A DNA stretch of 64,000 nucleotides, taken from IMG/VR virus record IMGVR_UViG_3300045454_000119, positions 3,173-67,172 of that record; one strand, written 5' to 3'. The position numbers and the translations under genes were made by a program. Shown here piece by piece: positions 26,711 through 36,397 of this stretch. Position 1 is the stretch's first letter; every line of letters starts with the position of its first letter. This stretch comes from a virus. Below the pieces are notes generated by a model, which was not told where the DNA came from, made no database searches, and was given only the letters and a program-made list of their open reading frames with translations.

Positions 26711-28519
26711 GTGGGTCGGCGGAAGCGGTCCTCCCAAGACAGCCCGGTCGAGCACTACGCCCGGGCCGTGCTGGACGGCGGCATCGTCGCCGGCCGGCTC
26801 GTCCGCCTCGCCTGCCGGCGGCACCTGACCGACCTGGAGCGCGGGCCGGACCGCGGCCTCTCCTTCGACCTGGACGAGGTCGCCCGGGTCTTCGAGTTCT
26901 TCTCGTTCCTCCGGCTCCCGGCCGACGGCCAGCTCGACGGCAAGCCGTTCGACCTCGAGCCCTTCCAGCAGTTCATCATCGGCAACCTGTTCGGCTGGAT
27001 GGGCGAGGACGGCTACCGGCGGTTCCGCACCGGGTACGTCGAGATCGGCAAGGGGAACGGGAAGTCGCCGCTCGCCGGCGGGATCGGGCTGCTCGGGCTC
27101 GTGGCCGACGGGGAGGCGGCGGCCGAGATCTACTCCGGGGCGACCACCTCGTTCCAGGCCGGCATCCTCTTCCGCGACGCCCGGATGATGGCCGAGGCGT
27201 CCCCGGCCCTCCGGTCCCGGCTCGACATCGGCCTCCACAACATCGCCTACGAGGCGACCGCGTCCTTCTTCCGCCCCGTTTCGAGCGAGCACCGGCAGCT
27301 CTCCGGCCCCCGGCCGCACATGGCGCTGATCGACGAGATCCACGAGCACCCGTCGGCCCTGGTGGTGGACAAGCTCCGGGCCGGGACGAAGGGGCGGCGG
27401 CAGGCCCTGATCTTCGAGATCACCAACTCCGGGCACGACCGGACCACCGTCTGCTGGCACCACCACGACTACTCGGCCAGGGTGCTCGAAGGGCACCTCG
27501 AGAACGACGCCTGGTTCGCCTACGTGTGCCAGCTCGACCCGTGCGAGCGGCACTTCGCCGAGGGTCAGAGCCAGCCGCAAGGGGGGTGCCCGGACTGCGA
27601 CGACTGGCGGGACGAGTCCAAGTGGCCCAAGGCCAACCCCGGGCTCGACACGATCCTGCCGCGGAAGTACCTGCGGGAGCAGGTGGACGAGGCGAGGGGG
27701 ATGCCGGCCAAGGAGGGCATCGTCCGGCGGCTGAACTTCTGCGAGTGGACCGAGGGGGTGACGCGGGCGGTGCCGATGGACAAGTGGGACCTGTGCAGGC
27801 GGGACGCGGACGAGGAGGCGTTGCTCCGGCGGGAGGTGTTCCTCGGGCTCGACATCGGGTCCACCGGCGACTTCACCGCCCTCGCCCTGCTGTTCCCGCA
27901 CGACGACGAGGAGACGATCGAGGTCGAGGACGGGGAGAAGGGGAGGGAGACGAAGCGGGTGCTGCTCCGCCGGAGCTACACCCTCCGGGCCCGGTTCTGG
28001 CTGCCGGAGAGCCCGGCCAACCGGCGGGACGAGGCGACCGAGCAGAAGGTCCTCCTGTGGCGGCGGCTCGGGCTGGTGAAGACGACCCCCGGCGACTCGG
28101 TCGACTACGACGTGGTGGTGGACGACATCGTGCAGCTGGCCGACCGGTACGCCGTCCGGGAGGTGGCCATCGACCGCGGGTTCCAGGCCCACCACACCGC
28201 CCAGCTCCTCCTCAAGCACTTCGGGGAGAAGCGGGTGGCGGTCTGCCCGAACAACGCCCTGTGGATGAACGCCCCGTTCCGGGAGTTCCTGGAATTGGTC
28301 CGGGCCCGGCGGATCCACCACGACGGCAACCCGGTGGTCCGGTGGATGCTGGCGAACGCCGTCGCCCGGGCCCGGAACGGGCTCATCATGCCGGACAAGG
28401 AGGCCAGCGCGGACAAGATCGACTGGCTGTCGGCCGCCGTCACCGGCCTGGGGCGGGCGATCGTGCAGCCGCCGACGCCGAAGAACCCCTATGAGACCCG
28501 TGGCATCGAGGCGGTCTAG
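26711..28519 (+). CDS. terL: Terminase large subunit
   Basis: 'LEPFQ', 'GKGNGKS', 'IDEIHEH', 'WPKANPGL', 'GLDIG', 'KIDWLSA'. Confidence 0.95.
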   Translation: MGRRKRSSQDSPVEHYARAVLDGGIVAGRLVRLACRRHLTDLERGPDRGLSFDLDEVARVFEFFSFLRLPADGQLDGKPFDLEPFQQFIIGNLFGWMGEDGYRRFRTGYVEIGKGNGKSPLAGGIGLLGLVADGEAAAEIYSGATTSFQAGILFRDARMMAEASPALRSRLDIGLHNIAYEATASFFRPVSSEHRQLSGPRPHMALIDEIHEHPSALVVDKLRAGTKGRRQALIFEITNSGHDRTTVCWHHHDYSARVLEGHLENDAWFAYVCQLDPCERHFAEGQSQPQGGCPDCDDWRDESKWPKANPGLDTILPRKYLREQVDEARGMPAKEGIVRRLNFCEWTEGVTRAVPMDKWDLCRRDADEEALLRREVFLGLDIGSTGDFTALALLFPHDDEETIEVEDGEKGRETKRVLLRRSYTLRARFWLPESPANRRDEATEQKVLLWRRLGLVKTTPGDSVDYDVVVDDIVQLADRYAVREVAIDRGFQAHHTAQLLLKHFGEKRVAVCPNNALWMNAPFREFLELVRARRIHHDGNPVVRWMLANAVARARNGLIMPDKEASADKIDWLSAAVTGLGRAIVQPPTPKNPYETRGIEAV

Positions 28520-28589
28520 GTCGTGGCTATCCCCGACCGGCCGGTTCGGGCAGTATGAGCCTTGACACGCCAATGATCTGCGTCGCCGG

Positions 28590-30299
28590 ATGAACATCTT
28601 CGGGATCCACGTCCCATTCACCAAGCGGGCCTCGCCGTCGGTCCAGGACGACCGCTGGTTCACCCCGTCCCCGCTCGTCTTCCTGACCGACGGCACCCTC
28701 GTCACCCCGGAGACGGCCCTCCGCATGTCGGCCGTGTTCGGCTGCGTCCGGGTCATCTCCCAGACCCTCGCCGCCCTGCCGCTCCTCGTCTACGAGCGCC
28801 AGGCCGACGGGGGGAAGGACCGGGCCACGAAGCACCCCTTGTACAAGCTCCTCCGGACCCGACCGAACCGGTTCAAGACATCGGGCCTGGAGTTCCGGGA
28901 GATGCTCACCGGGCACGCCCTCCTGTACGGGAACGGGTACGCCCAGATCATCCGGAACCGGCTCGGCGAGCCGCTCGAGCTTGTGCCCCTGCACCCGACC
29001 CGGACCCGGCCGGACGTGACCGAGGCGAACGAGCTCGTGTACCGGGTCCGGCAGTCCGCCGGGGCCGAGCGGGTGCTGCCCGGCGACCAGGTCTTCCACA
29101 TCCGGGCGTTCCGGGACGCCGGGCTGGAGGGGATCAGCCCGATCGCGGCGGCCGAGAAGGCGATCCGGGCGGGCCTCTCCCTGGAGTCGTACGGGATGAA
29201 CTTCTTCGAGGGCGGGGCCGTCCCGGGCGGGGTCCTGAAGTACCCCGGGGAGATGAGCGAGCAGGCGAAGAAGAACCTGCGGGACAGTTGGGAGCGGCTG
29301 CACGGGGGCGAGAACCGCGGGCGGAAGACGGCCGTGCTGGAGGGCGGGGTCGAGTTCCAGCAGGCCCAGATCCCGCAGACCGACGCCCAGTTCCTGGAGC
29401 AGCGGAAGTTCCAGGTGACCGAGATCTGCCGCATCTACGGCGTCCCGCCCCACCTCCTGGCCGACCTGGACCGGGCGACGTTCTCGAACATCGAGGAGCA
29501 GAACCAGAACTTCATCGACTACTGCCTGCTGCCGTGGTTCCGCCGGTGGGAGGAGGCCATCACCCGGGACCTGATGGACGGGGACGACAGCAAGTACTTC
29601 GCCGAGTTCCTCGTCGACGGGCTGCTCCGCGGGAACATCACCGCCCGGGGCCAGTTCTACGCCCTCGGCCGGACCCACGGCTGGTTCAGCATCAACGACG
29701 TGCGGAAGAAGGAGAACCTGAACCCGATCGGCCCGGACGGGGACATCTACCTGTCCCCGATGAACATGGTCCCGGCCGGCGAGGAGGGCCAGCAGCAGGA
29801 ACCGAGTCAACCAGCCGAGGAGCCGAACGATGGGGACGAAGACGAAGACCGGGGTCAAGCGCCCGAGGGGCAAGCAAGCGACCGCCTACCCGGCGGCGCT
29901 CAAGCCGAAGAAGAAAAGCTAAAGGGGGCGTTTCGCGGGGCCTTCCGCGAGACGTGGGCGCGGGTGGTGCGGAAGGAGGTCAACGCGGTGAAGACCGCCG
30001 CCCGGAAGCGGGGCGACGAATTCGACCCGTGGTTCGACGAGTTCCTCGCCGACCACCGCTCGTTCGCCGCCGAGTGCCTCCGCGAGATCGCCCGGTCGTA
30101 CTGCGTGCTCCGGGGTTTCGACGTGGACGCCCTCGTGCCGGGCCTGGTCGACGAGTACCGGGCGGCGGTGCGGGACGCGGTCGACGCCTGGCGGGCCGAG
30201 CCGGGCCGGGGGTACGACCGGCGGGAGGACGAAGTTGCCGCCTATTGGACGGAGCGGCTGTTGGGGTACAGTGGGGGCAGTTATGAGTGCGCAGCGTGA
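28590..30299 (+). CDS. HK97-family portal protein with C-terminal extension
   Basis: 'SAVFGCVRVISQTLAALP', 'LLYGNGY', 'GISPI', 'DAQFLEQRKFQ..EICRIYGVPPH', 'FSNIEEQ'. Confidence 0.95.
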   Translation: MNIFGIHVPFTKRASPSVQDDRWFTPSPLVFLTDGTLVTPETALRMSAVFGCVRVISQTLAALPLLVYERQADGGKDRATKHPLYKLLRTRPNRFKTSGLEFREMLTGHALLYGNGYAQIIRNRLGEPLELVPLHPTRTRPDVTEANELVYRVRQSAGAERVLPGDQVFHIRAFRDAGLEGISPIAAAEKAIRAGLSLESYGMNFFEGGAVPGGVLKYPGEMSEQAKKNLRDSWERLHGGENRGRKTAVLEGGVEFQQAQIPQTDAQFLEQRKFQVTEICRIYGVPPHLLADLDRATFSNIEEQNQNFIDYCLLPWFRRWEEAITRDLMDGDDSKYFAEFLVDGLLRGNITARGQFYALGRTHGWFSINDVRKKENLNPIGPDGDIYLSPMNMVPAGEEGQQQEPSQPAEEPNDGDEDEDRGQAPEGQASDRLPGGAQAEEEKLKGAFRGAFRETWARVVRKEVNAVKTAARKRGDEFDPWFDEFLADHRSFAAECLREIARSYCVLRGFDVDALVPGLVDEYRAAVRDAVDAWRAEPGRGYDRREDEVAAYWTERLLGYSGGSYECAA

Positions 30300-30924
30300 A
30301 CGACGGAGCCTGGCCGAACCGGTCCAGATCGAAACCCGGGAGGAGGGTAGCCGCCCGGTCATCCAGGGCTACGCCGCCCTGTTCGACGTGGAGACCGAGA
30401 TCCGTAGCTGGTACGGCAGCTTCAAGGAGTCGCTCGCGCCCGGGTGCTTCAAGAACAGCATCGCGTCCGGGCGGAAGGTCGTGTCCCTCTTCAACCACGA
30501 CGTGAACTACGTGCTCGGGTCCACCTCCGGGAAAAGCCTCAAGCTCCTGGAGGACATGCGGGGCCTGTGGATCGAAGTCGAGCCGCCCGACACCCAGGTC
30601 GGCCGGGACGTGGTGGAGTACATCCGCCGCGGCGACGTGCAGGGCCAGAGCTTCATGTTCACGATCACCAAGGAGGAGTGGACCATCGCGAAGGAGGCGA
30701 CCGAGCTCGACAGGCGGCGCATCCTCGAGGTCGAGCTCTTCGAGTGCGGGCCGGTTCTGTTCCCGGCTTATGAAGAAACCTCCGTCGGCCTTCGCTCGTC
30801 CGGCGACGCCCACAAGCTCGCCCGCGAGGAGTGGGAGCGGCAGAACCGCCCCGCGCAGCCCGTCACGATCATCAGCCCGGAGCCCTACCTGCTCAAAGTT
30901 CGCTGCTTGCGCGCCGCGGCCTGA
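30283..30924 (+). CDS. HK97-family prohead protease
   Basis: 'IQGYAALFD', 'LFNHD', 'GQSFMF', 'FPAYEETSV'. Confidence 0.95.
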   Translation: MSAQRERRSLAEPVQIETREEGSRPVIQGYAALFDVETEIRSWYGSFKESLAPGCFKNSIASGRKVVSLFNHDVNYVLGSTSGKSLKLLEDMRGLWIEVEPPDTQVGRDVVEYIRRGDVQGQSFMFTITKEEWTIAKEATELDRRRILEVELFECGPVLFPAYEETSVGLRSSGDAHKLAREEWERQNRPAQPVTIISPEPYLLKVRCLRAAA

Positions 30925-31101
30925 TCCCGCACATTGACGCTCAGGTGCAGGGATGCCGGCGGTTCCGTCGAACACGCCCCCCTGCTCGTAACCACCAGCG
31001 GCCCGTCGGCCGTCCCACGTTACCCAACGCAACACCACAGTTGTACCCACAGACCCCCTTGAGAAAGGCGGGGAACGTCTAGCGTGACATGAAGAGGATT
31101 T

Positions 31102-32451
31102 GTGTATCTACAGGAACTTAGGAACCAACTCGCCGCGGCCTTGGACGAGATGGACGCGCTCGCCAAGGGCGCCCAACAGGAGAACCGCGGGCTGACCGTC
31201 GAGGAGCTCGCGAAGTTCGACGAGATCGAGGGCAAGGTCGACGGGCTCAAGCGGTCCATCAAGGCGGCCGAGCGGCTCGACCAGCTCAACGAGGAGCGGG
31301 GCCTGGCGACGACCCAGCCGGTCTCCATCACCGTCACCCGGAACGAGGGCGAGGACGAGAACGGCCGGTGCGTCGTGTGGCGGAGCCTGGGCGACCAGCT
31401 CATGGCCGTGGCCCAGATCGGCAAGCACCCGCACACCTCGGGCGAGGTCGCCCGGAAGCTCGACCTGTCGAACAAGATCCTCCGCGCCGCGGCCAGCGGG
31501 ATGTCCGAGTCGGTCATGGCCGACGGCGGCTACCTGGTCCAGACCGACTACTCGACCAAGCTGCTCGAGCGGTCCTACCAGACCGGCAAGCTCGTCTCCC
31601 GGGTGCAGGAGTACCCGCTGTCCGGCGGGGCGAACGCCGTCAACCTGCCGATGGTCGACGAGACCTCGCGGGCCAACGGCTCCCGCAACGGCGGCATCCG
31701 GGTGTACTGGGAGGACGAGGCCGACGCCTACACGGCGTCCAAGCCGAAGTTCAGCTTCGCGCAGCTCAAGCTCAAGAAGGTGATCGGGCTGGTGTACACG
31801 ACCGACGAGCTGCTCGAGGACGCGGGCCTGCTCCAGGCGTGGGTCGAGCGGAAGTTCCCGGAGGAGTTCGGGTTCGCCCTCGACGAGGCCATCCTGAACG
31901 GGGAGGGCGCGGGCAAGCCCCGGGGCATCTTCAAGTCGAACGCCCTGGTGGTGGTGGCGAAGGAGTCCGGCCAGGCGGCCGCGACGATCAACGCCATGAA
32001 CCTGGCCAAGATGCTGGCCCGGTTCCACGAGGACAGCCTGGGGAACGCCCTGTGGGTGTACAACCAGGGGATGAAGGCCCAGCTCATGACCCTGTCGCTG
32101 ACGGTCGGGTCGAACACCATCCCGGTGTTCATCCCGGGCGGGCAGAGCGGCACGTTCATCAACTCGATCCCGGTGTCGACCATCCTCGGCATCCCGGCGA
32201 TCGCGATGGAGCAGTGCGAGGCCCTCGGCACCCAGGGGGACATCGGGCTGATCGACCCGTCGAAGTACCTGATGATCAAGAAGGGGGACATCAAGGCGTC
32301 GTCCTCCCTCCACGTCCGGTTCCTGTACGACGAGCAGGTGTTCAAGTTCAGCGCCCGCAAGGACGGCCAGCCGGAGTGGAAGGCCCCGCTGACGCCGTAC
32401 AAGGGGTCCGACACGATCGGCCCGTTCGTGGTGCTCCAGACCCGGTCGTAG
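31102..32451 (+). CDS. HK97-fold major capsid protein
   Basis: Coiled-coil delta domain, 'DGGYLV', 'DELLED', 'ILNGEGAGKPRGI'. Confidence 0.95.
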   Translation: MYLQELRNQLAAALDEMDALAKGAQQENRGLTVEELAKFDEIEGKVDGLKRSIKAAERLDQLNEERGLATTQPVSITVTRNEGEDENGRCVVWRSLGDQLMAVAQIGKHPHTSGEVARKLDLSNKILRAAASGMSESVMADGGYLVQTDYSTKLLERSYQTGKLVSRVQEYPLSGGANAVNLPMVDETSRANGSRNGGIRVYWEDEADAYTASKPKFSFAQLKLKKVIGLVYTTDELLEDAGLLQAWVERKFPEEFGFALDEAILNGEGAGKPRGIFKSNALVVVAKESGQAAATINAMNLAKMLARFHEDSLGNALWVYNQGMKAQLMTLSLTVGSNTIPVFIPGGQSGTFINSIPVSTILGIPAIAMEQCEALGTQGDIGLIDPSKYLMIKKGDIKASSSLHVRFLYDEQVFKFSARKDGQPEWKAPLTPYKGSDTIGPFVVLQTRS

Positions 32452-32457
32452 TGAGGT

Positions 32458-32484
32458 GCCCGGGCGGGGTTCTCCCGCCCGGGC
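32458..32484 (+). terminator. GC hairpin after capsid gene
   Basis: gcccgggcggg-gttct-cccgcccgggc; no clear U-tract. Confidence 0.4.
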
Positions 32485-32515
32485 TGATAACGGCTAGACA
32501 TTTACAGAGCGAGAC

Positions 32516-32992
32516 ATGCTTTCCGAACTGATGATTCCTTTCACCTCCCACGCCCCGAAGGCGGACCTGTACGACACGAGCCCGGCCGGGCAGTACGTGA
32601 ACACCCGGCACGGCGCCAAGGTGTCGTGGTTCCTCCAGCAGAAGACGGCGGGCACCAACACCGGGACGGCCACGATCACCGTGCTCGCGGCCAGCGACAA
32701 CGCCGGCACGGGTGCCGCAGCGGTGCCGTTCAAGTACCGGAAGAAGAACGCCGGGGTGGCCAACTCGACCCACGGGAACGTGATCGACGCCACGGTCGCC
32801 GGGTTCACCACCACGGCCAACGAGAACACCCTCTACGAGATCGAGATCGACGCGAGCGTCCTGCCTGACGGCAAGCCGTTCGTGGCGCTGAAGCTCACCG
32901 AGACGGTGAACGACCCGGTCGACGGCGCGGTCCTCGGCCTCATCACCGTCCCGTACTTCGTCGGCACCGGGCTGCCGGAAGCGTCGGCGTAG
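32516..32992 (+). CDS. Putative head decoration protein
   Basis: Beta-rich, directly after capsid gene. Confidence 0.6.
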   Translation: MLSELMIPFTSHAPKADLYDTSPAGQYVNTRHGAKVSWFLQQKTAGTNTGTATITVLAASDNAGTGAAAVPFKYRKKNAGVANSTHGNVIDATVAGFTTTANENTLYEIEIDASVLPDGKPFVALKLTETVNDPVDGAVLGLITVPYFVGTGLPEASA

Positions 32993-33077
32993 TGACCTGA
33001 ACTCCGCCTCCCCGGAGGCGGCGATGAGGGGTCGCCGGCAGTCCGGCGGCCCCGGCTTTAGTTTCCCGTAGAGGCCC

Positions 33078-33665
33078 ATGCCGTGGACCGAGACGGCGGC
33101 GCCGGCGGCGCTCGCCATCAACCTTGATGAGCTGAAGAACCACCTCCGCCTGACCTCGAACGACGAGGACGGGCTCCTCGCCGTGTACGCCAAGGCGGCG
33201 GTCCAACTGTTCGAGGCCAAGACCCGACGACGGCTCGTCTCACGCCCCTGCCGGTGGGAGCAGCCCGACTTCCCCGCGGCCCGGGACGGCCTCGGGATCG
33301 AGCTGCCGGTCGCGCCGGTGTCGGCCGTGGCGGCCGTACAGTACTACGCGACCGACGGGACGCTCACCACCTGGTCCCCGGGCGACTACTACCTCGACAC
33401 GGTGAGCCTCCTCCCGCGGGTGACGCTCGCCCCCAACAAGACCTACCCGACCGTCCAGACCGATCGGCCGAACGGGGTCCAGGTGACCTTCACCGCCGGG
33501 TACGGGGCGTCCTACGCCGCCGTCCCCGAGGGCGTCCAGTGGGCGGTCCTGCTGCTCGCGGCCCACATGTTCTCGAACCGGCTCCCGGTGGCGGCCGGCA
33601 GCACGGCCGACGTGCCCAAGACCCTCCAGTACGCGGTCGACGCCTACAAGATCTGGGGGGCCTGA
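33078..33665 (+). CDS. Head-tail connector (gp6-like)
   Basis: 'LDELKNHLRL...ED.LL', 'VTFTAGYG', 'VP..V..AVLLLAAHMFSNR'. Confidence 0.9.
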   Translation: MPWTETAAPAALAINLDELKNHLRLTSNDEDGLLAVYAKAAVQLFEAKTRRRLVSRPCRWEQPDFPAARDGLGIELPVAPVSAVAAVQYYATDGTLTTWSPGDYYLDTVSLLPRVTLAPNKTYPTVQTDRPNGVQVTFTAGYGASYAAVPEGVQWAVLLLAAHMFSNRLPVAAGSTADVPKTLQYAVDAYKIWGA

Positions 33666-33982
33666 TGGCGGGCGACCCCGGCCGGAAGAACCGGCTCGTC
33701 ACGATCAAGCGCAAGGTCCTGACCAACACCGGCGGCGATGTCGCCGAGACCTACGCCACCGTCGCCAAGGTCTGGGCCGACTTCCGCCCCTTGCGGATGG
33801 ACGAGCGGTTCACCTCCGACGCCCGGCACTCCGCCCGGGTCGGCAACTTCCGCGTCTACCACCGCGACGACCTCACCCCCGACATGGTCATCGAGTGGGA
33901 CGCCCGGACCTGGCGGATCCTCGGGCTCGCCGAGGTCGGCTACCGGGACGAGTTGGATGTGACCGCGGAGGCGGTGTACTGA
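33665..33982 (+). CDS. Head closure / head-tail adaptor
   Basis: 'GRKNRLVTI', 'VWA', position. Confidence 0.85.
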   Translation: MAGDPGRKNRLVTIKRKVLTNTGGDVAETYATVAKVWADFRPLRMDERFTSDARHSARVGNFRVYHRDDLTPDMVIEWDARTWRILGLAEVGYRDELDVTAEAVY

Positions 33983-34470
33983 TGGCCGACGACCGGTGGG
34001 TGAAAGGCGTCGACGAGCTGACCGCGGCCCTGAAGGACCTCCCGCTCGGGCTGTCCAAGGGCGATCTCCGGGCCGGCCTGGTGAAGGGGGCGCAGTTCCT
34101 CCGGGACCGGCTCCGGGAGGCCGCCCCGGTGAGCGACAACGTCCCGCCCCGGGGCGGCCGGTTCAAGGGCCTCGCGCCCGGCACCCTCCGGCGGAGCTTC
34201 CGGGCGAAGGGCCGGCGGGGCACCCGCACCGAGGCCGCGGCCGGCGTCTCCGGGGCGTTCTACGCGAAGTGGGTGGAGTTCGGGCACACGCTCAAGAGCC
34301 ACGGGAAGAAGGCCGACCGCCAGGTGATCGGCCACGTCCCGGCGAACCCGTTCATCCGCACCACGTTCGAGGCGCACAAGGAGGCGGTGATGGAGGAGGT
34401 CCGGAAGGGGATCGTGGGCTACCTGTCCCGCCGGTTCGCCCGGCTGCGGCAGCACCGGCCGAGACTGTAG
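33982..34470 (+). CDS. HK97 gp10 family tail morphogenesis protein
   Basis: 'KGVDEL', 'GTLRRS', 'FYAKWVEFGH', 'PANPFIR'. Confidence 0.9.
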   Translation: MADDRWVKGVDELTAALKDLPLGLSKGDLRAGLVKGAQFLRDRLREAAPVSDNVPPRGGRFKGLAPGTLRRSFRAKGRRGTRTEAAAGVSGAFYAKWVEFGHTLKSHGKKADRQVIGHVPANPFIRTTFEAHKEAVMEEVRKGIVGYLSRRFARLRQHRPRL

Positions 34471-34477
34471 GAGGACG

Positions 34478-34867
34478 GTGGCGACGGTCGAGGACTTCAT
34501 CTTCAGCAGGCTCACCTCCGCGGCGGACGTCGCCGCCCTCGTCGGCACCCGCGTGTACCGGGTGAAGATGCCGGACAACACCCAGCTCCCGGCGGTCAGC
34601 TACCAGACGCTCTCCGGCCAGGGGGTCGAGAGCTTCGACGGCGATAGCGGCCTGTACATGCCGGTCATTGCGATCGACTGCTGGGCCCGGACGGCGGGGG
34701 TCGCCCAGGACCTGGCGGCCGGGTGCCGGGCCGCGCTCCTCGGGTACGGCGGGCTCTACCAGGACCGCCGCATCCAGAAGGTCTTGGAGTGGAGCCAGTT
34801 CGACCTGTACGACGCCGACACGGACATTTTCCACGTGTCGTGCAGTTGCAGGGTTTGGTATTCGTAG
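34478..34867 (+). CDS. Tail terminator (DUF3168-like)
   Basis: 'ALVGTRVY', 'LPAVSY', 'IDCWA'. Confidence 0.85.
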   Translation: MATVEDFIFSRLTSAADVAALVGTRVYRVKMPDNTQLPAVSYQTLSGQGVESFDGDSGLYMPVIAIDCWARTAGVAQDLAAGCRAALLGYGGLYQDRRIQKVLEWSQFDLYDADTDIFHVSCSCRVWYS

Positions 34868-34900
34868 GGTGACTGTAAGTCTAATTTTCTTTAGAGGGCT

Positions 34901-35686
34901 ATGCCGCCGCAAGTAAACAAGGCTTTCGCAGGTTCCGGGTGCATCCTCCGGCTGAGCAACGGCGACGCGCTCACGGCCGGCGTCCGGGCGTTCCGCTCGA
35001 TGGGGTCCGGCAACTCGGCCCTCAAGATCCTCTGGAAGGAGCGCGGCACGGCCGGCAACGGCAAGACCTGCTCGGTCGTGGTGAGCGGCAACAACACGCC
35101 CCTGTCGGTCACTGTCACCACCACCGACGTGACCATCAACTCGGCGACGAACGGCAGCGCGGCGGCCACCTCCACCGTGCTCGACATCCTGACCGCGCTG
35201 TACGCCAACCAGACGTTCCGCGACAACTGGATGGCCCGGCCCGGGGACGGGGTGACGGACCCGAGCGGCGTCATCGCCGCGGCCACCTCGTCGGCCCTGG
35301 CCGGCGGCGCGGCCGGCGAGACGTTCACCAACATCGTGCAGGTGAAGGGGCTGACCGGCCCGAACCTCCAGGCGGCGGTGATCGACACCACCAACTTCGA
35401 CTCGGTCAACCAGGTGCGGGAGTTCATCTCGGGCCTGAAGGACCCGGGGCAGCTCACCTTCCAGACCAACATGATCCCGAACGCCTGGCAGGCGGGCCAG
35501 CAGAAGCTGTGGCCGCTCGTCACCAGCGGGGACGTGCGGACGTACGAGGTGGCGCTCGCCGACTACTTCCTGACCACCATGTCCATGTCCGGCATCGCGA
35601 CCGGGATCGGCGCGTCGACCCAGTTGGAGCAGGCCGGCATGCTCGACGTGAGCATCAAAGTCACCGGCCCGGTCACGTTCTACTAG
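34901..35686 (+). CDS. Major tail tube protein with inserted domain
   Basis: 'IDTTNFDS..REFISGLKDPGQLTF', 'IKVTGPV'. Confidence 0.85.
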   Translation: MPPQVNKAFAGSGCILRLSNGDALTAGVRAFRSMGSGNSALKILWKERGTAGNGKTCSVVVSGNNTPLSVTVTTTDVTINSATNGSAAATSTVLDILTALYANQTFRDNWMARPGDGVTDPSGVIAAATSSALAGGAAGETFTNIVQVKGLTGPNLQAAVIDTTNFDSVNQVREFISGLKDPGQLTFQTNMIPNAWQAGQQKLWPLVTSGDVRTYEVALADYFLTTMSMSGIATGIGASTQLEQAGMLDVSIKVTGPVTFY

Positions 35687-35693
35687 GAGGCCC

Positions 35694-36029
35694 ATGGAGC
35701 ACGCGGAGTTGGCCGCCCCGGGCGGCATCCAGTTCACGATCTTCGGCGAGAGCAGAACGCTCCGCCCGAACATGCGAACCTTCCTCCGGTTCCAGCAGAA
35801 GACCGGGAAAAACCCGTTCGACCACTTCCTGTGGGACCCGACCCCGCCCGAGTTCGTCGTCGCCCTGGTGTGGGCCGCGATCGGCGGGGACGAGTCCGGG
35901 TACACGTTCGAGCAGGTGGCCGACGAGCTGGAGTTCGACACCCTGAAGGCGGTGAACGACTTCATCCTGCGGTTCTTCCTCAAGGGCAAGGTGCCCGAGC
36001 CCCCAAAAAACGCAAGCGCCGCCGAGTAA
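35694..36029 (+). CDS. Tail assembly chaperone (gpG-like)
   Basis: Between tube and tape measure; ends in slippery A-AAA-AAC. Confidence 0.85.
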   Translation: MEHAELAAPGGIQFTIFGESRTLRPNMRTFLRFQQKTGKNPFDHFLWDPTPPEFVVALVWAAIGGDESGYTFEQVADELEFDTLKAVNDFILRFFLKGKVPEPPKNASAAE

Positions 36030-36397
36030 CCGGCGGCGACGACGGCGGGGGGGAGGCCCGGGAGCAGTCATGGCTAGAGTGGTGGGCGATCGCGGTGTAC
36101 GACTTCGGGCTGACCGACGGACAGTTCTGGGACCTGACGCTGGCGCAGTTCAACGCCCTGTCCCGCCGGGTTGACGCCGAGGCGGAGGCGCACGACTTCC
36201 ACACCGCCCGCGTGTGCTGGGCCGCGATGACCGCCGCCGGCGTCAAGGTCAACGGCAAACCCGTCACCGTCCAGGACCTCATGACCCGGTACGAGGGGGA
36301 GGAGCCCGAGCCGGAGGACGTCGACGCGCACGTCAAGAACGCCCTCCTGAGCCTGTTCGACCTGCCGCCGCACATGGAGTGGACCCGTGGCGGATAA
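36005..36397 (+). CDS. gpGT-like extension via -1 frameshift
   Basis: AAAAAAC at 36005-36011; -1 frame open to 36397 with 'FWDLTLAQF' motif. Confidence 0.75.
   Translation, partial: KKRKRRRVTGGDDGGGEAREQSWLEWWAIAVYDFGLTDGQFWDLTLAQFNALSRRVDAEAEAHDFHTARVCWAAMTAAGVKVNGKPVTVQDLMTRYEGEEPEPEDVDAHVKNALLSLFDLPPHMEWTRGG

Noticed and set aside
30925-31101. Intergenic region before the capsid gene as ncRNA
   Set aside because: Only weak short stems; consistent with an ordinary leader.
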